DNA of 32,798 bases from assembly GCA_910592345.1 (NCBI GenBank), contig CAJVPI010000370.1, forward strand, positions 1-32,798. Direction: 5' to 3'. Shown in pieces: positions 10,685 through 22,695 of this stretch. The stretch comes from Paraglomus brasilianum (Eukaryota). The notes beneath the pieces are model-generated. The model saw nothing but the letters and a program-made list of their open reading frames with translations, searched no databases and was not told the DNA's origin. Numbering within the stretch: the stretch's first letter is position 1; every line of letters starts with the position of its first letter. Both the position numbers and the translations under genes were made by a program.

Positions 10685-11653
10685 TATGTGTGACTATATG
10701 GGTGTGCCAATATCCAGAAATAGTATCAACCCGCATTTGAAAAAGCAAAAGGTGACAGCATAGTGGCAAAAGGCAAGAGTGACTAACCAATAATCGTAGT
10801 TCAGATAAACGTAGCTGAAAATAGAGCAATTAGTAGCTCGAAGGATATAAAAACAGCGTAGAATTTAGCGCGTGTTTGCCAGTGCGTTTATGGTGTTCAT
10901 AATATTCTACCTTTATTGTAAATATTTCTAATAAATGAGTAGTTTGTTAATGATTCATTCCCTGGTAAATTATCGGTATCAGTATAGTTGTGAAACCATT
11001 AATCCCTATATCGATTATTCCCGTGGCAAATACGATGATTAATTGTTTATGTCGATGCGCATTATAATTCATAAAGTCTTGTGTGTAATCCCCTCATCGT
11101 TGCCCGCCAGATTAACTCGTACACATATGTTGTAATTGAGCATCAGTCGTAGTCAAATCGTTTGACCAAACAAATACCTTGTCGTTGCGTGACGATTCGG
11201 TCGGTGATTAGCATTGTAATTGCATAATCATAACCGTCATATAAACCAAATTTTCAATACAATATTATTTAAAGAAAGCTTATTTATGATAAGCTGTTTT
11301 AACTTGAAACGGAAAACCTCAAGGTCAAATTTCGCATCAGCCAGTCACAACCAAGCCTTTATAGTACTAGCGTTTTATTACCATGTATGACAAAACTCAA
11401 GCCTTAGAAATTATAAAGTTGGTATCATGAATAACAGTACTCTCATTTTTGGCACATTGAACAAAAAGTACGCGATCGAGTTTTTTCTCGTGTCAATATT
11501 ATATCGCATAACCGTAAAAGGTTTTTATCGGTACCATATAAAGAAATGCAGATACTGCTTAATCCACATGTTGATTTTTGATATCCTCGCGTTAATCGTT
11601 AACATAATTGACAGGGGAACTGTGCAAATCCTTGTGTGGTGCTATGAAACGCG

Positions 11654-11756
11654 TAGATAAACTCGACAAGACAAGCCAGACACTCGACAAGCCAGACACT
11701 CGACAAGTCGGGCAGCTATGCCCAGCCAGTCGTGTCCGACTTGTCGAGTTTACCTA
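11654..11756. mobile_element. Small palindromic MITE-like element with internal 16-bp tandem duplication
   Basis: Ends TAGATAAACTCGACAAG / CTTGTCGAGTTTACCTA (1 mismatch in 17, TA at both ends). Internal ACAAGCCAGACACTCG x2 and inner palindrome CTCGACAAGTCGGGCA...TGTCCGACTTGTCGAG. Confidence 0.65.
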
Positions 11757-12183
11757 TATTCCAAGGCTGTAGCGTTGGGTTTCACAATATCTGTAAGTTG
11801 AATAACTTTTACGGTATTGTTTCAGTTTTGCGTTAGCTTGTAATCTGAATTTAGAAAATTTCATTGATAATTAAATGCATCTTCTTCCAACGTAAAGCTT
11901 TAAGATATATGAATTGAATGTTAATCAAATATAATATATTCGGCATTTGATAATTTCCCAGTCCGCTGCTTACTAAAGAAGAGGCCATTGTTTTTATTAT
12001 GGTTTCTAATTGTACAGTATGCGATTTCTTTGAACGAACGAATAATGACATCACTAATTCGTTCGTCGAGTAGATAAAACCAATTATACTCTTATGTTTA
12101 ACAGGGTTTTATTGTGTGTAATGTCTAATTGACGCGATTGATTCGATGCAGTCCTTGCCTTTATAATACAGCAACTCCTTCCT

Positions 12184-12228
12184 ATACATCAATACATCAA
12201 TCAATACATCAATACATCATCATACATA
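12184..12228. repeat. Short ATACATCA tandem repeat upstream of SCC2
   Basis: atacatca atacatca atca atacatca atacatca tcatacat. Confidence 0.6.
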
Positions 12229-12553
12229 TCTTTTGTTTGTGGTGACGTTTCAAAACTTGTTTAAATGTCCCTCACCCCCAATCTCGGCATGGGGTGTATT
12301 GTACAAATACCAAGTCAAAACTATCAAATTATAGAACACGAACCTCTTTTCGATTTTCACTTTCTTCTCTCTCTCTTACATAATTCAAAGTATAATATTC
12401 CCTTCCTTCACTTATACTGATCTTTCCTATAGAGTAAAATAGTGTTATTTGTTATAAAAGTACTATACTACTAATAATATATTATATAATATTCTTAAAT
12501 TACTTGTATGATCATATGTACTTTGTTCTGTCGTTGTGTCTGTCTTTAATATA

Positions 12554-15500
12554 ATGAATACCCCATACTATCCAAGTGGTGACAAGTATATTGGCGAGGG
12601 AAGTGAAAGCTCGTTCACTGCTACTCCCGCTGATGTACGCTCTGCTCTATCATACTCAGCCATAAGTACATTTACTCCTGCTACTGCCGGTATGTGATTA
12701 CAAGTCTCCCGAGTGTTGAATGTGAACCTCGAGTGTAATTGACTTGATTAATTACCAGTTTATTCAATTGACATTGATCCGTTCATTGACCCTTGATCTG
12801 TGTTTCATAGTTATTGGAGAACTACCCTCGGTATCGATCGCGTATCTTGAACATTCGACATGTAATATATATGACCCACAGTATGCAAATATAGCCGCAT
12901 TATTTGACACTTCTACATCACAGCAAGTTGATCCAGAATTACAGAGACAGTTGAAGGCTGCACAGTATGCTTTGGAACAAATCGATGTTAGCTATATGTA
13001 AGTTTCAACTAAAAGAAAAGAGGTATTAGTGATAACATCAGTTGCTTCACCTCGAAAACTTTGCTCATAACCTAACTTTTGCTCCGTACAGTCGATTCAA
13101 GAATCCTCCACGGTCGTTACACACACAACCAGCTTTTGAGTTTACGCACGATTACCGAACAACGATATCACAAAGTCCTTATATACAGACAATTGATCCA
13201 AAAGCAACTATAATAGTTGCAAATCAATATAATCAAGAGCCTCAATTACCAGTGTCGGGTTCAGTTAACTCTTCATCAATACCAAAGACAACATTTAACG
13301 ATAATGGATATGGAAGTACGTTTACACTAGCAACAATATCGAGTGGAACGACCGGTTCAATTACACGCAACAACGACAACAATCGTGCAAGTAACACTCG
13401 TACTCCGAAAAATCTCCCTAATAACAATATTAGTACCGTCATTCATAAAAATTCTGTACATGACGTTGGAGATGGAAATAGACGATCAGTGTTCATTGAT
13501 AATCAGAAGAGAGCTAGAGAGCGAGAAGATGAGAGAAATGGTGATGGTATGTTGCACCACACTAATAACATGGACGAGATCAGATAATATGAACATAACT
13601 TGGTTGTTATTATTAGTTGCTTATTTTTATACTGACAACACTTTCTTCCATCTATCATTCAGCCGCCCTTAACAAATTAATAAACTTTATAAGCGCAATA
13701 TTCGAATCCGAAGACTCTTTATCCCTTACCGACCCGCCCACCACCCTCACTTCTCCCACGTTTACACACGAAAATCACTTTTTTCTTCCATCATCTCTCT
13801 CCTCTCAAGAGCCACTTTTAACCACAGAAATAACCCACAAACTCATCAAACTCATAAACAAAGCCAGAAAGTACCATCCATTGGAAGACGTAGAAGTAGA
13901 AGACTTGTCTCGAGTATTAAAGATATTAGAGAGAGCTATCAGAGAAGTAGAGGCATTGGATGTGTTTAAGAATGTCAGGATAGGAGGGACTGGTAAAAAT
14001 GACAATGGAAAAACCAAGGAGGAGGAGGATGAGAATGAAGACGAGGATGCCAAAATGCAGAGAGTAGAGGATCGGATCGAAAAGATTATGAATGGAATTG
14101 AGGCGGCTATTGCTGCATTTACTATTATGACTGGTGGCAAGTTGAGCAAGCAGGTTGGTTGATCACAGTTGGACGTGTTGGGAACGAAACGTTATCGTTG
14201 CTTACTAATATCTTTATCACATTTATTTCTGATTCAGTTGTATCCTGAGGACTTGATTGTATCTTGTGTAAATCTTGTTAGAAATCAACTGACTGGCGTG
14301 ATATACAGAGTGTTGGAAATGAGTGCCAATACAGATGAACTAAGCAGTATGTTAAATTTAGGTCTGGATTCTCTTCTTGTGTGATAATCTCCTGGTACTC
14401 ACCTTTCTTAAATCTTCAATATTAGACGAATCTGATGCAGGACTAAGAGAATATTTAGGACAATATCCTTTACATTCTGTTCCATGTCTGTAATTATGAC
14501 TATGACACAACCCCCCTCCAAATAATTTTATCTTTTGCATTCTGTTATTTTCCTTAACTCCTCTCACTTCTCGAATCAGGCGTCAAATATCAGCCATGCT
14601 ACCAACCCTTACGAATTTCCTTCAGCGCCTCTACGATCTAATGCAACAGGAAGAGCTTTCTGACAGTGTAGTAATAACTGTTAGCTTTATAGCCGTCGGA
14701 CCGTTTTTCGTAGATTCAGGAAGCAACAATACAAACTCTTTCTTTGGCAACAGTGGATTGGAAGGTGTAAAGCTTGTAGCATTAGGACTATTGAGATCCG
14801 TGTTTACTAATCATCACAAGCAGAGGACGTGGATATTAGAAGAAATTTTGACCTCTTTGATCAAGTTGCCTACTGCAAAGAGAAATTTGAGACAGTTTAG
14901 GTAAAAAAAGGGGGGGTGATGAGCAAGGGAAACATAAGTGTGTATATATGATTGCACACCGAAGAAATTACTTGTCTATTGGTATTGGTTATGCTACAAT
15001 GGTTTAAGTGTATCTTTTTTATGTTTAGATTGCCAGATGGTAAATCTATTCAGATGGTATCTGCTCTCATTCTCCAATTGGTTCAGAGCTGCACTGCTGG
15101 ACTCGGGGAGCATAAACAAAGATCAGTTGGAGAGGATGGTGAAGGAGTGCTACTATCTGAGATTGACAGAACATCAAATGACTTTAAAAAGGTAGAATAA
15201 TTAGTCCCGTTGTATTGAATTATGCGGATGTGTATTGTGTTTCGTTGACCGTAACCAATCATAATGTTGTGACTACTATTTTGATTCACGCAGATCTCAC
15301 GTTCCTGGAAGTCTGGAATCGATGCTGCAAGCGCCAATGCAGGATATGTCTTTAAATTTCTCCTATCTAGATGTACTAAATCAATAAAAAACTCCAACGA
15401 ATCTGAATACAGACTGCTGCTCGATAATTTCATGGAGGATGTAATAACTGTCCTTAATTATCCCGAGTGGCCAGCTGCTGAAATGTTTGTGAGAATATTC

Positions 15501-18500
15501 AGCAAGATAATGGTTAGCAATAATTAACGCGTCGTGTTTATCAACATTAATAACATTGGACAGTGTGTTAAATTTATGCCTATTATTATTGCTGTAGGTT
15601 GGATATATTGACGACAAGAAGGCGGATACATATACAAAATCAATGGCGATAGACCATCTAGGAATGATAGCAGGAAGAATTAAAAAATATGCCAACAACG
15701 GGTTGTCTTCTTCTGAAGGAATGCAAGAAGATAATGTGGATGAGAGAGATATTAGTTGGATAGATAGAATAAAAGACATTCCTAAAGGAGAGGTTTGTGT
15801 TATTATGAGAGAGTTTATGCTAAACTTAGGGAAGAAAGTTTAACATTCCTGTTGCATATGTCCTATTGTAGATAACTAATGTTACTAGTGTAGCTGCCGT
15901 AAAGAATCTATGGAAATGTCAAAAAACTGTACTGACATATTTGGAGATTGGTGCTTTGGAAGATCCTGGGTTACAGGTGAGTTTGTATGACTGACTGGAC
16001 TGACAGTCTTAACCAAGGCGACATCGTCCCCATTATTAATGAATATAACAGTCTGCTAGACAATTTTACATATCAGAATGGGGGTATTCTTTATTGAGTA
16101 CGCTCTTGTCAATCGATGATCAATCGTCAGATTTGATGAGTGTCGACCGTGACAATGATGACGATGATGACAATGCAAACGAGAATGAAAACTCGACAAC
16201 GGCAATGAAATCATTGCTGCATAGGATCGTAAAAGACTTCTGGCACATCTCTGTAAACGAACGAGATAATAAACAGTTAATCGGGCATAGGTAAAAAAAG
16301 AAGAGTAATTTGCTTTGCAAAATTTCTACAATTAGAATTATCAGCATTCATATTAACCATATACATTGATACAGATCGCAAGAATTAGATCGATCGGATG
16401 TTCTACTAGTCACTGAGCTTCTAGCAACAAGACAATCACTATATCAGAGCTTTGATTCGATACTTTCGCGAATTCTGGTGTCTTTGGATATGGGCGTAGT
16501 TGCGTTCAGGACAAAAGCACTACGAGCATTAGGGCAAGTAGTTATCTGTGATCCTAGTATACTAAGTCAGGTAAGTCACAGCTAAGGAATGGAATGCAAC
16601 ATCTTTTGTATGATATTATTGTATCCTAATTGACATTTGTCGTATATGTCAATACAGGTTAATGTTCGTCAAACTATAGCTCAGAGGCTACAAGACAGTT
16701 CACCAGCTGTACGAGACGCAGCCATCGATCTTGTTGGTAGATACATTGCACAAAAGCCAGAAATTACCGAACAATATTACAAAGTGATAAGCGACCGGAT
16801 TTTGGTAAGAGAAGACACTAATGCGTTTAGTAATTAAGCACAGAATGGTATTATTAAAGTGAACACACGCAATTTGCTTCAACACAGGATGTCGGCCTAA
16901 GTGTCCGTAAAAGAGTAATAAAACTGCTCCGCGACATTTATCTCAAATGCACCAATCACTCAATGATGGTCGATATAGGATGCAAAATACTTCTCCGAAT
17001 TAACGATGACGATCACCATGTCAAAGTACGCTCTCGATGCATTTTCCAATTTCCAATTAATTGCAATTCCCTAACTAGTGTCGGTATTATTCGTTTCTAT
17101 AGGACTTGGCGCTGAAAACCATACAGGAGCTTTGGTTTGCCCCATTTAAACATCAGAGATCAATAAACATTGAAACAGATGACATAGCAGAGGATGACGA
17201 CGTACCTAATGAATTTGCTAATATGTCTATTGCTGGTAAGAAAGAAGTGCTCAGCAGAAGTCTTTTGATCGTTGGTGTTGCTGGAAAGTTAGGTGAACGC
17301 AACGGAGCCATACTTGGGGGACTGTTCAAGAAGGTTAATTTATAATGAGTATATTTTGATTTCGTTTTGTGTGCTATATTGTATTCTAGTATTAATTGCA
17401 TGACGTTTAATATTGTAGATACTTGACAAAGAAGGAAAGCAGAAACGAGAAATACTAAATATCTGTCAATGCATGGTCGATTGTCTTTTTGAGCATCTTT
17501 TGACATTACAAGACGCCAACTCAAAGGTCATATATTGTCCGCTGTCCATTAACGTAATTGCAAAACACTCTATTCTCTATCCAATGCTCACATACCTTGC
17601 ATGCAGACTGAAGTCGTGGGGTGCATAAGTACAATATGTCTTTTGAGCACTGCTTCTCCGATCCTCGTTCGCCGTCATGTGGTAACTCTCCAACCGTATC
17701 TAAAGAGCGCTAGTACGGTATGAATATCGTTTGTTCATATCATACATCGGTATTAAGTTTTATTGTGCTTATTTCTTATTAACGTATGATCAATTTAATA
17801 GCCAGAAGATCAATTGATTCTGTACTATGTCCTAATGATATACAGAAGTGTCCTCCCATTGCTAAAGCTAGCCAGCCAAAAGTTTTTGAGCGATGTTGAA
17901 GATGCATTGGTCAATTTATTGACTAAAAGTTCGCAAAAGGTTATTATTGGTAACTGCAGGAAATATTTTGAGAAAGCATATCACTTGTGTTTAACCAGAA
18001 TTATCTTGAACCGTGTAGATTCTACAAGAAGCCGTTCCTTGTCTCTGTCTGATAGTCGACAAGTTGACCTTCAAATATTATTTATTGACAAAACTACTTC
18101 GATCATGTGTTGGTAAGCAAATACACTATCAGAAAGCTTCAAGAACGCAATAGTAAACTGATTACATTATACCTTAACAGAAAAGTTGAGACTGGAACGA
18201 AAACGATTAGACAGCGCTCAAAATTTATCATCCGTTGCCCACGTTAAATTACTACTCTTAATCATCGGGCTGCTTTGCAGAAACTTTGACTTTGACAAAA
18301 AACGACAAGAGAAACCAGGTATGATTGTAGTGAGATTTTCCAGTCAATAATAGTCTTGCTTTTCTTATTCATCATTTAATCTGGTACCATTTTCATCTTA
18401 TCCTCAGATAAATTAAAGGATCTTCTTTTTATCGATAAGGTATATATTATTACACAACCAACGGACAATTCCTGTCTGCCCAATTTGAACTTGACCAACA

Positions 18501-21319
18501 CTAACCATCCTACCAAACGGGTATTGTTTCATTCATCTCACTTCAGGGCCCCGTAACTCCGATAGTTTTCGAGCTAGTGTTATCCTTTTGCAAGGAAACA
18601 CTTTCCGAAGCAGTTCAAAAGGTAGCACTTCACAGCCTCGGTTCTATTTACCTGTCTAACCCTATTATTATGCTCCGACCGGAGAGTACTGGCCTGATGG
18701 ACAGGATATTGCGTGGTGACGTCATGGATATGAAAATTCAGCTGATGAAGGTGTTTCTGGACTTTTTGGTTGGCGAACAGCAAAAGATTAATTCTGACCT
18801 TGAAGAGAAAAGTAAGTGTAGTCGAAGAGCGTATATATAGAACGTGTCTGTTTAGTTATTATTAAAGACTTTCTAATGACGTTCTGAAATTGACGGTTAC
18901 TTACAGAAAAGAAAAAAAATACGCCCGTGGATCTGAAAGTGTTAATAGGAAATGCCGACGAATTTGCTGAGGCTGGGTATGTTGATTTCGGACAGCTGCG
19001 TTAGCATTATTACATGACTATCTTTGCAATCCCTGTCATTCTAATTACGCGATCGCATGTACACACACATCTTGTGCATTTTATAAATATTTTTCCTCTG
19101 TCTTTACATCAATAGTGTCAGCAGCTCTCTAATGCAACGATACCTCGAGAGCATACTCGAGTGCACGTTTGATCACAATCAAAATTTGAAAATTGTTGCG
19201 CTGGATGTACTTGGCAATATTATTCAACAAGGGCTCGCTCATCCCGTTCTTGTAAGTTATATAATAGATCACAAAGTTGTATATGATAAATCGTGTGTAA
19301 AGTTAACCTGGCAATTTGTCGATTCCTAATCTAATTACTATCATATGTGCGTGTTTGGTCGAATAGTGTATGCCGACGATAGTCGCCCTGGAGACAAGTC
19401 CTGAAAGTGTGTTCCGTGATAAAGCCTTCAAACTACATCAACATCTCAATGAAAAACATGCCTCATTGATACATACACGGAATGTTGATTGTGTTAAGAA
19501 AGCGTATGCTTTTCAAAAGCAATTGATAGATGATAAGCCTGTAGTTGGTAAGCGTCGTACGCCATGTTTTGATATTCAGTGCTATATGTTACTAATGATT
19601 GTGTTCATGCCAGGTTACGCTACGCGTTCTCAAGAAGGTCAGCCCGAAGCACTGTTGAATCTGATGTACTGTCTACTGCGCGAGAAACGACAACGTCGCA
19701 ATGATTTTCTTAGCTCGGTCGTCAAAATATTCGACTTTGACTTGAAAAAGTGTGACGAATGCAAGGTAATATTGATGTGATATAGGTATGGCTGTGTGTG
19801 ATGTGACAACTCAACCCATTGACTATATATTTGGTAAAGGTCGATATTGGTTTTTGCAAGTTTGTGGCAGAGAATCTCGCGACGATCGATTATAAGACGA
19901 ACGAAGAAGTACTGCACGTGATATACTGGATCAACAGAATACTCTCGGTAGTAGCAATAAGCGTATTGCACTCGATCCAAGCCCATGAAAAGACGCTTAT
20001 GGTTGCAGACAAAGCTGAAGCTGTTGTTGATACAGAAACAACGAACGTGCCCGGGCCAATTCTAGAAACATTACCACAAAATGGAAATTTTTCAGAAATT
20101 GGAAACACTGCTGTCATAACCAACAACATGGATGGGGCAATGAGTAGTAACAACATCGTGAGCATGGACAATCACGTGGACATTAATGCGACGAGCAATA
20201 ATATGAACAACAGCATACAATTTGTTTTTGATGGCAATATGGGAGGATTGGGCATCAATACTGACAGAGATTTGTTACTTCCACGTGCCACGGTCGAAAC
20301 AATGCATGTCGGTAATGATCTTAATACAGCGACCAAGAGTTATATCAATGATCACAAGGACTTTCAACCTAATGAGATGAAAGCAGAAGAAATAAAGCGC
20401 GAAGAGGATGGAGAACAAAAGCATAATGCTGATGTTTCAGTAGCAAAACAAGAAATAGGTTTGTTACAATTGTATCATGTTGACAGTGGGGAGTTGGCTT
20501 TCGATAGTATTTAATACGGTTATTTATTGTAAATAGAGGCTATATTACCCTTGCCATTTGCAGCCAGGGTCTCAGTATGCATGGCCATTTTGATGTATCT
20601 TAAAGAACATCTGAAGAGGGCGTATTCTCTAAGTGAAATGTAAGTACGATAGAACTAACTCGTTAGTACCTTCACTGTTTCATATATTTGCTTATGCCGT
20701 AACATTCACCATGTTATCCCGTTCTACTTTCGAAATGCTTCGCTTACCTCCCTCAGTAAATGCCAAAACTTTAATCCGGCAACTAGTAGTAATCACAAGG
20801 ACAAGCCAGCTATTCGTCATCAGAATGCGGCGTCAATGTTATCATGGAAACAGCTGCCATTTGTTGATAAGCCCATGGACACCAAAGAGGCTATACAGCA
20901 ACAATGTGAATCTGTAAGTAGAATTGGTTGGGATGATATGTGAGACATATGTGAGTGTCACATATATTCGCTTTCTATTTCTAAATTCTCCATTCAATTT
21001 TAAGTTCCAAAAACTCATGTCCGAAGACGGAACGCAATCCGAACCATTCGCCGATGCTGAATATCTCGATCTCGACTTTGATGCTCGTCATACTTCATAT
21101 CATCATATCAATGCTGAATTTGATATCATGATGTCATCTAACTTCCATTCTGCAAAGAAGCCGGTAAAGCGAGTTAGTTCTGGACATAGAGGGCGGCCGA
21201 GAGGGGGCAAGAAACGTTTTATTGCAGAACAAGGTGGAAAGAGAGGAGGAGCAAGGAAGAAGAAGAGAATAATTGAAGATGGAAGTGGAGAAGATGAGGA
21301 CGATGGTATGGGAGAGTGA
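12554..21319 (+). CDS. SCC2: Cohesin loader Scc2/Nipped-B-like protein, 31 inferred exons (first 12554-12689, last 21005-21319)
   Basis: Scc2/NIPBL motifs: QRTWILEEILTSLIKLP..KRNLRQFRLPDGKSIQMVSALILQLVQ, NFMEDVITVLNYPEWPAAE, FRTKALRAL, RLQDSSPAVRDAAIDLVG, DVGLSVRKRVIKLLRDIY, MQRYL, QGLAHPVLCMPTIVALETS, LKEHLKRAYSLSE. Phase-compatible splice sites were traced through the whole gene, including one AT-AC intron. Start codon inferred. Confidence 0.93.
14463..14567 (+). other. U12-type (minor spliceosome) AT-AC intron in SCC2
   Basis: 5' site ATATCCTTT, branch site TTCCTTAAC (14550-14558), terminal AC at 14566-14567. Removal restores the frame (…YLG-CA|T-SRIRRQISAMLPT…). Confidence 0.92.
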
Positions 21320-22695
21320 AGAGTGAAGAGAAATTCAGGGAGAAGGGATATGATTATATACGATGGACTTGAAATATATGATAAAAAAAAGGTTATTTAG
21401 GCAAAAGTATTAATGATTTCGAAGAGCAAATCCTCAAAACGATATTTTAACCTTGGTTATTCTATTCAATGGCAAACTATGCTTTCCTACTTTCTTTATC
21501 TTTCTGTAATATAATAGCATTAGAACTACAGCGCATAATGCGTGTATTGATTATAGTTTGTGACCATTTTAAAGAATTAAAGTGGGATTTACAGAGTTTT
21601 TTCCTCTTGCACAAATATTGAGGCTTTTTAGTATATATTTTAAAAAGAGAATGTAGTAAATAATAAATGAATAAGGAATTTATCCTGGTTATTTAAGCAA
21701 GCAAATATTAGTACGCGTTTCTTTTTTTGGCGTCGGCTAGTACTTGTTACTCCTCCATCATTGCTTCAGCCAGGCCATTAAAAATATATCTTGTTCATGT
21801 CTAAAAGAGCTTGCGACGTCTCACGTAATATAAATACGGGAAACTTTTCTCTCGGAATCTTTTTGAACAATTACAATTGCAACCTATCTCATGGTTTTTT
21901 CACACGTGGTTGTAACAGCATTGCACTTCTGCCAACTTTGTTAATATTGTTATCTCATTCTTTCATTTTAATACAACAACTCCAAAGACAGCAGTTGGGT
22001 GTGTATTGAAAGTTGCAGAATTAAAAGTGAGATGATACAAGAGCCTATTGTAAATACCTGTTATCAAATGACAGAAGTGTGAGTGAATTTTTGATTTTGT
22101 TACGGGCGGGGTAGATGCCCTCATATAAACGTAATTTGATGACAATCTGTCGGTTCTTCTGACTGCCCTTGATAACTCAGTATAAAGAGGCTTATCTCAC
22201 CTAACACTTCTACAGTATGTAAAGTTAGAGAGTCTTTTTTTAACAATCTGATCCTCACATTGTCCAATAATAATAACTTTAATGTAAGAATCAAAAGCTG
22301 AGCTTCTCCTGTCTTTCTAGAACTCTGTGTATACTTCTTAGACCCCTCTCTCTAATCTTCCAGCCTCTCTAGCTTCGGCTTCATCAGCTGTGCCTTCACA
22401 ATGTTTAGCATTAGCTCTTGTTCGTCGCGTAGGAATGTTTATACTCATGTCACGTGACTTACTTTTGTCCGTGTAACTTCTATTGATGGAGTTGCCAATT
22501 CGTTGTTTCCATTTGTAGAACAATTCACAATTGAAGACTCGCGCTAACACTAAAAAAAATCAAATTATGATACATCTGGTAATTTGCGCAGTTCATTATG
22601 ACCTTTGATACATTTATGCACCCGTCTGTTTAAATTAAGTAATAACATAAAATTGACGACGATATAAACACGGAAATAAAGACTGCGAAGGAAGC

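Noticed and set aside
11661..11710. Repeats resembling a mini CRISPR array
   Set aside because: The spacers are identical, so this is a tandem duplication; context is eukaryotic and there are no cas genes.
18171..18180. ACCTTAACAG resembles a U12 branch site
   Set aside because: The donor of that intron is the ordinary U2 GTAAGC, and the motif abuts the AG.
21780..22560. Short ORFs between SCC2 and the Pan1-like gene
   Set aside because: No recognisable motif or consistent splice structure; may be decayed coding sequence but cannot be supported.
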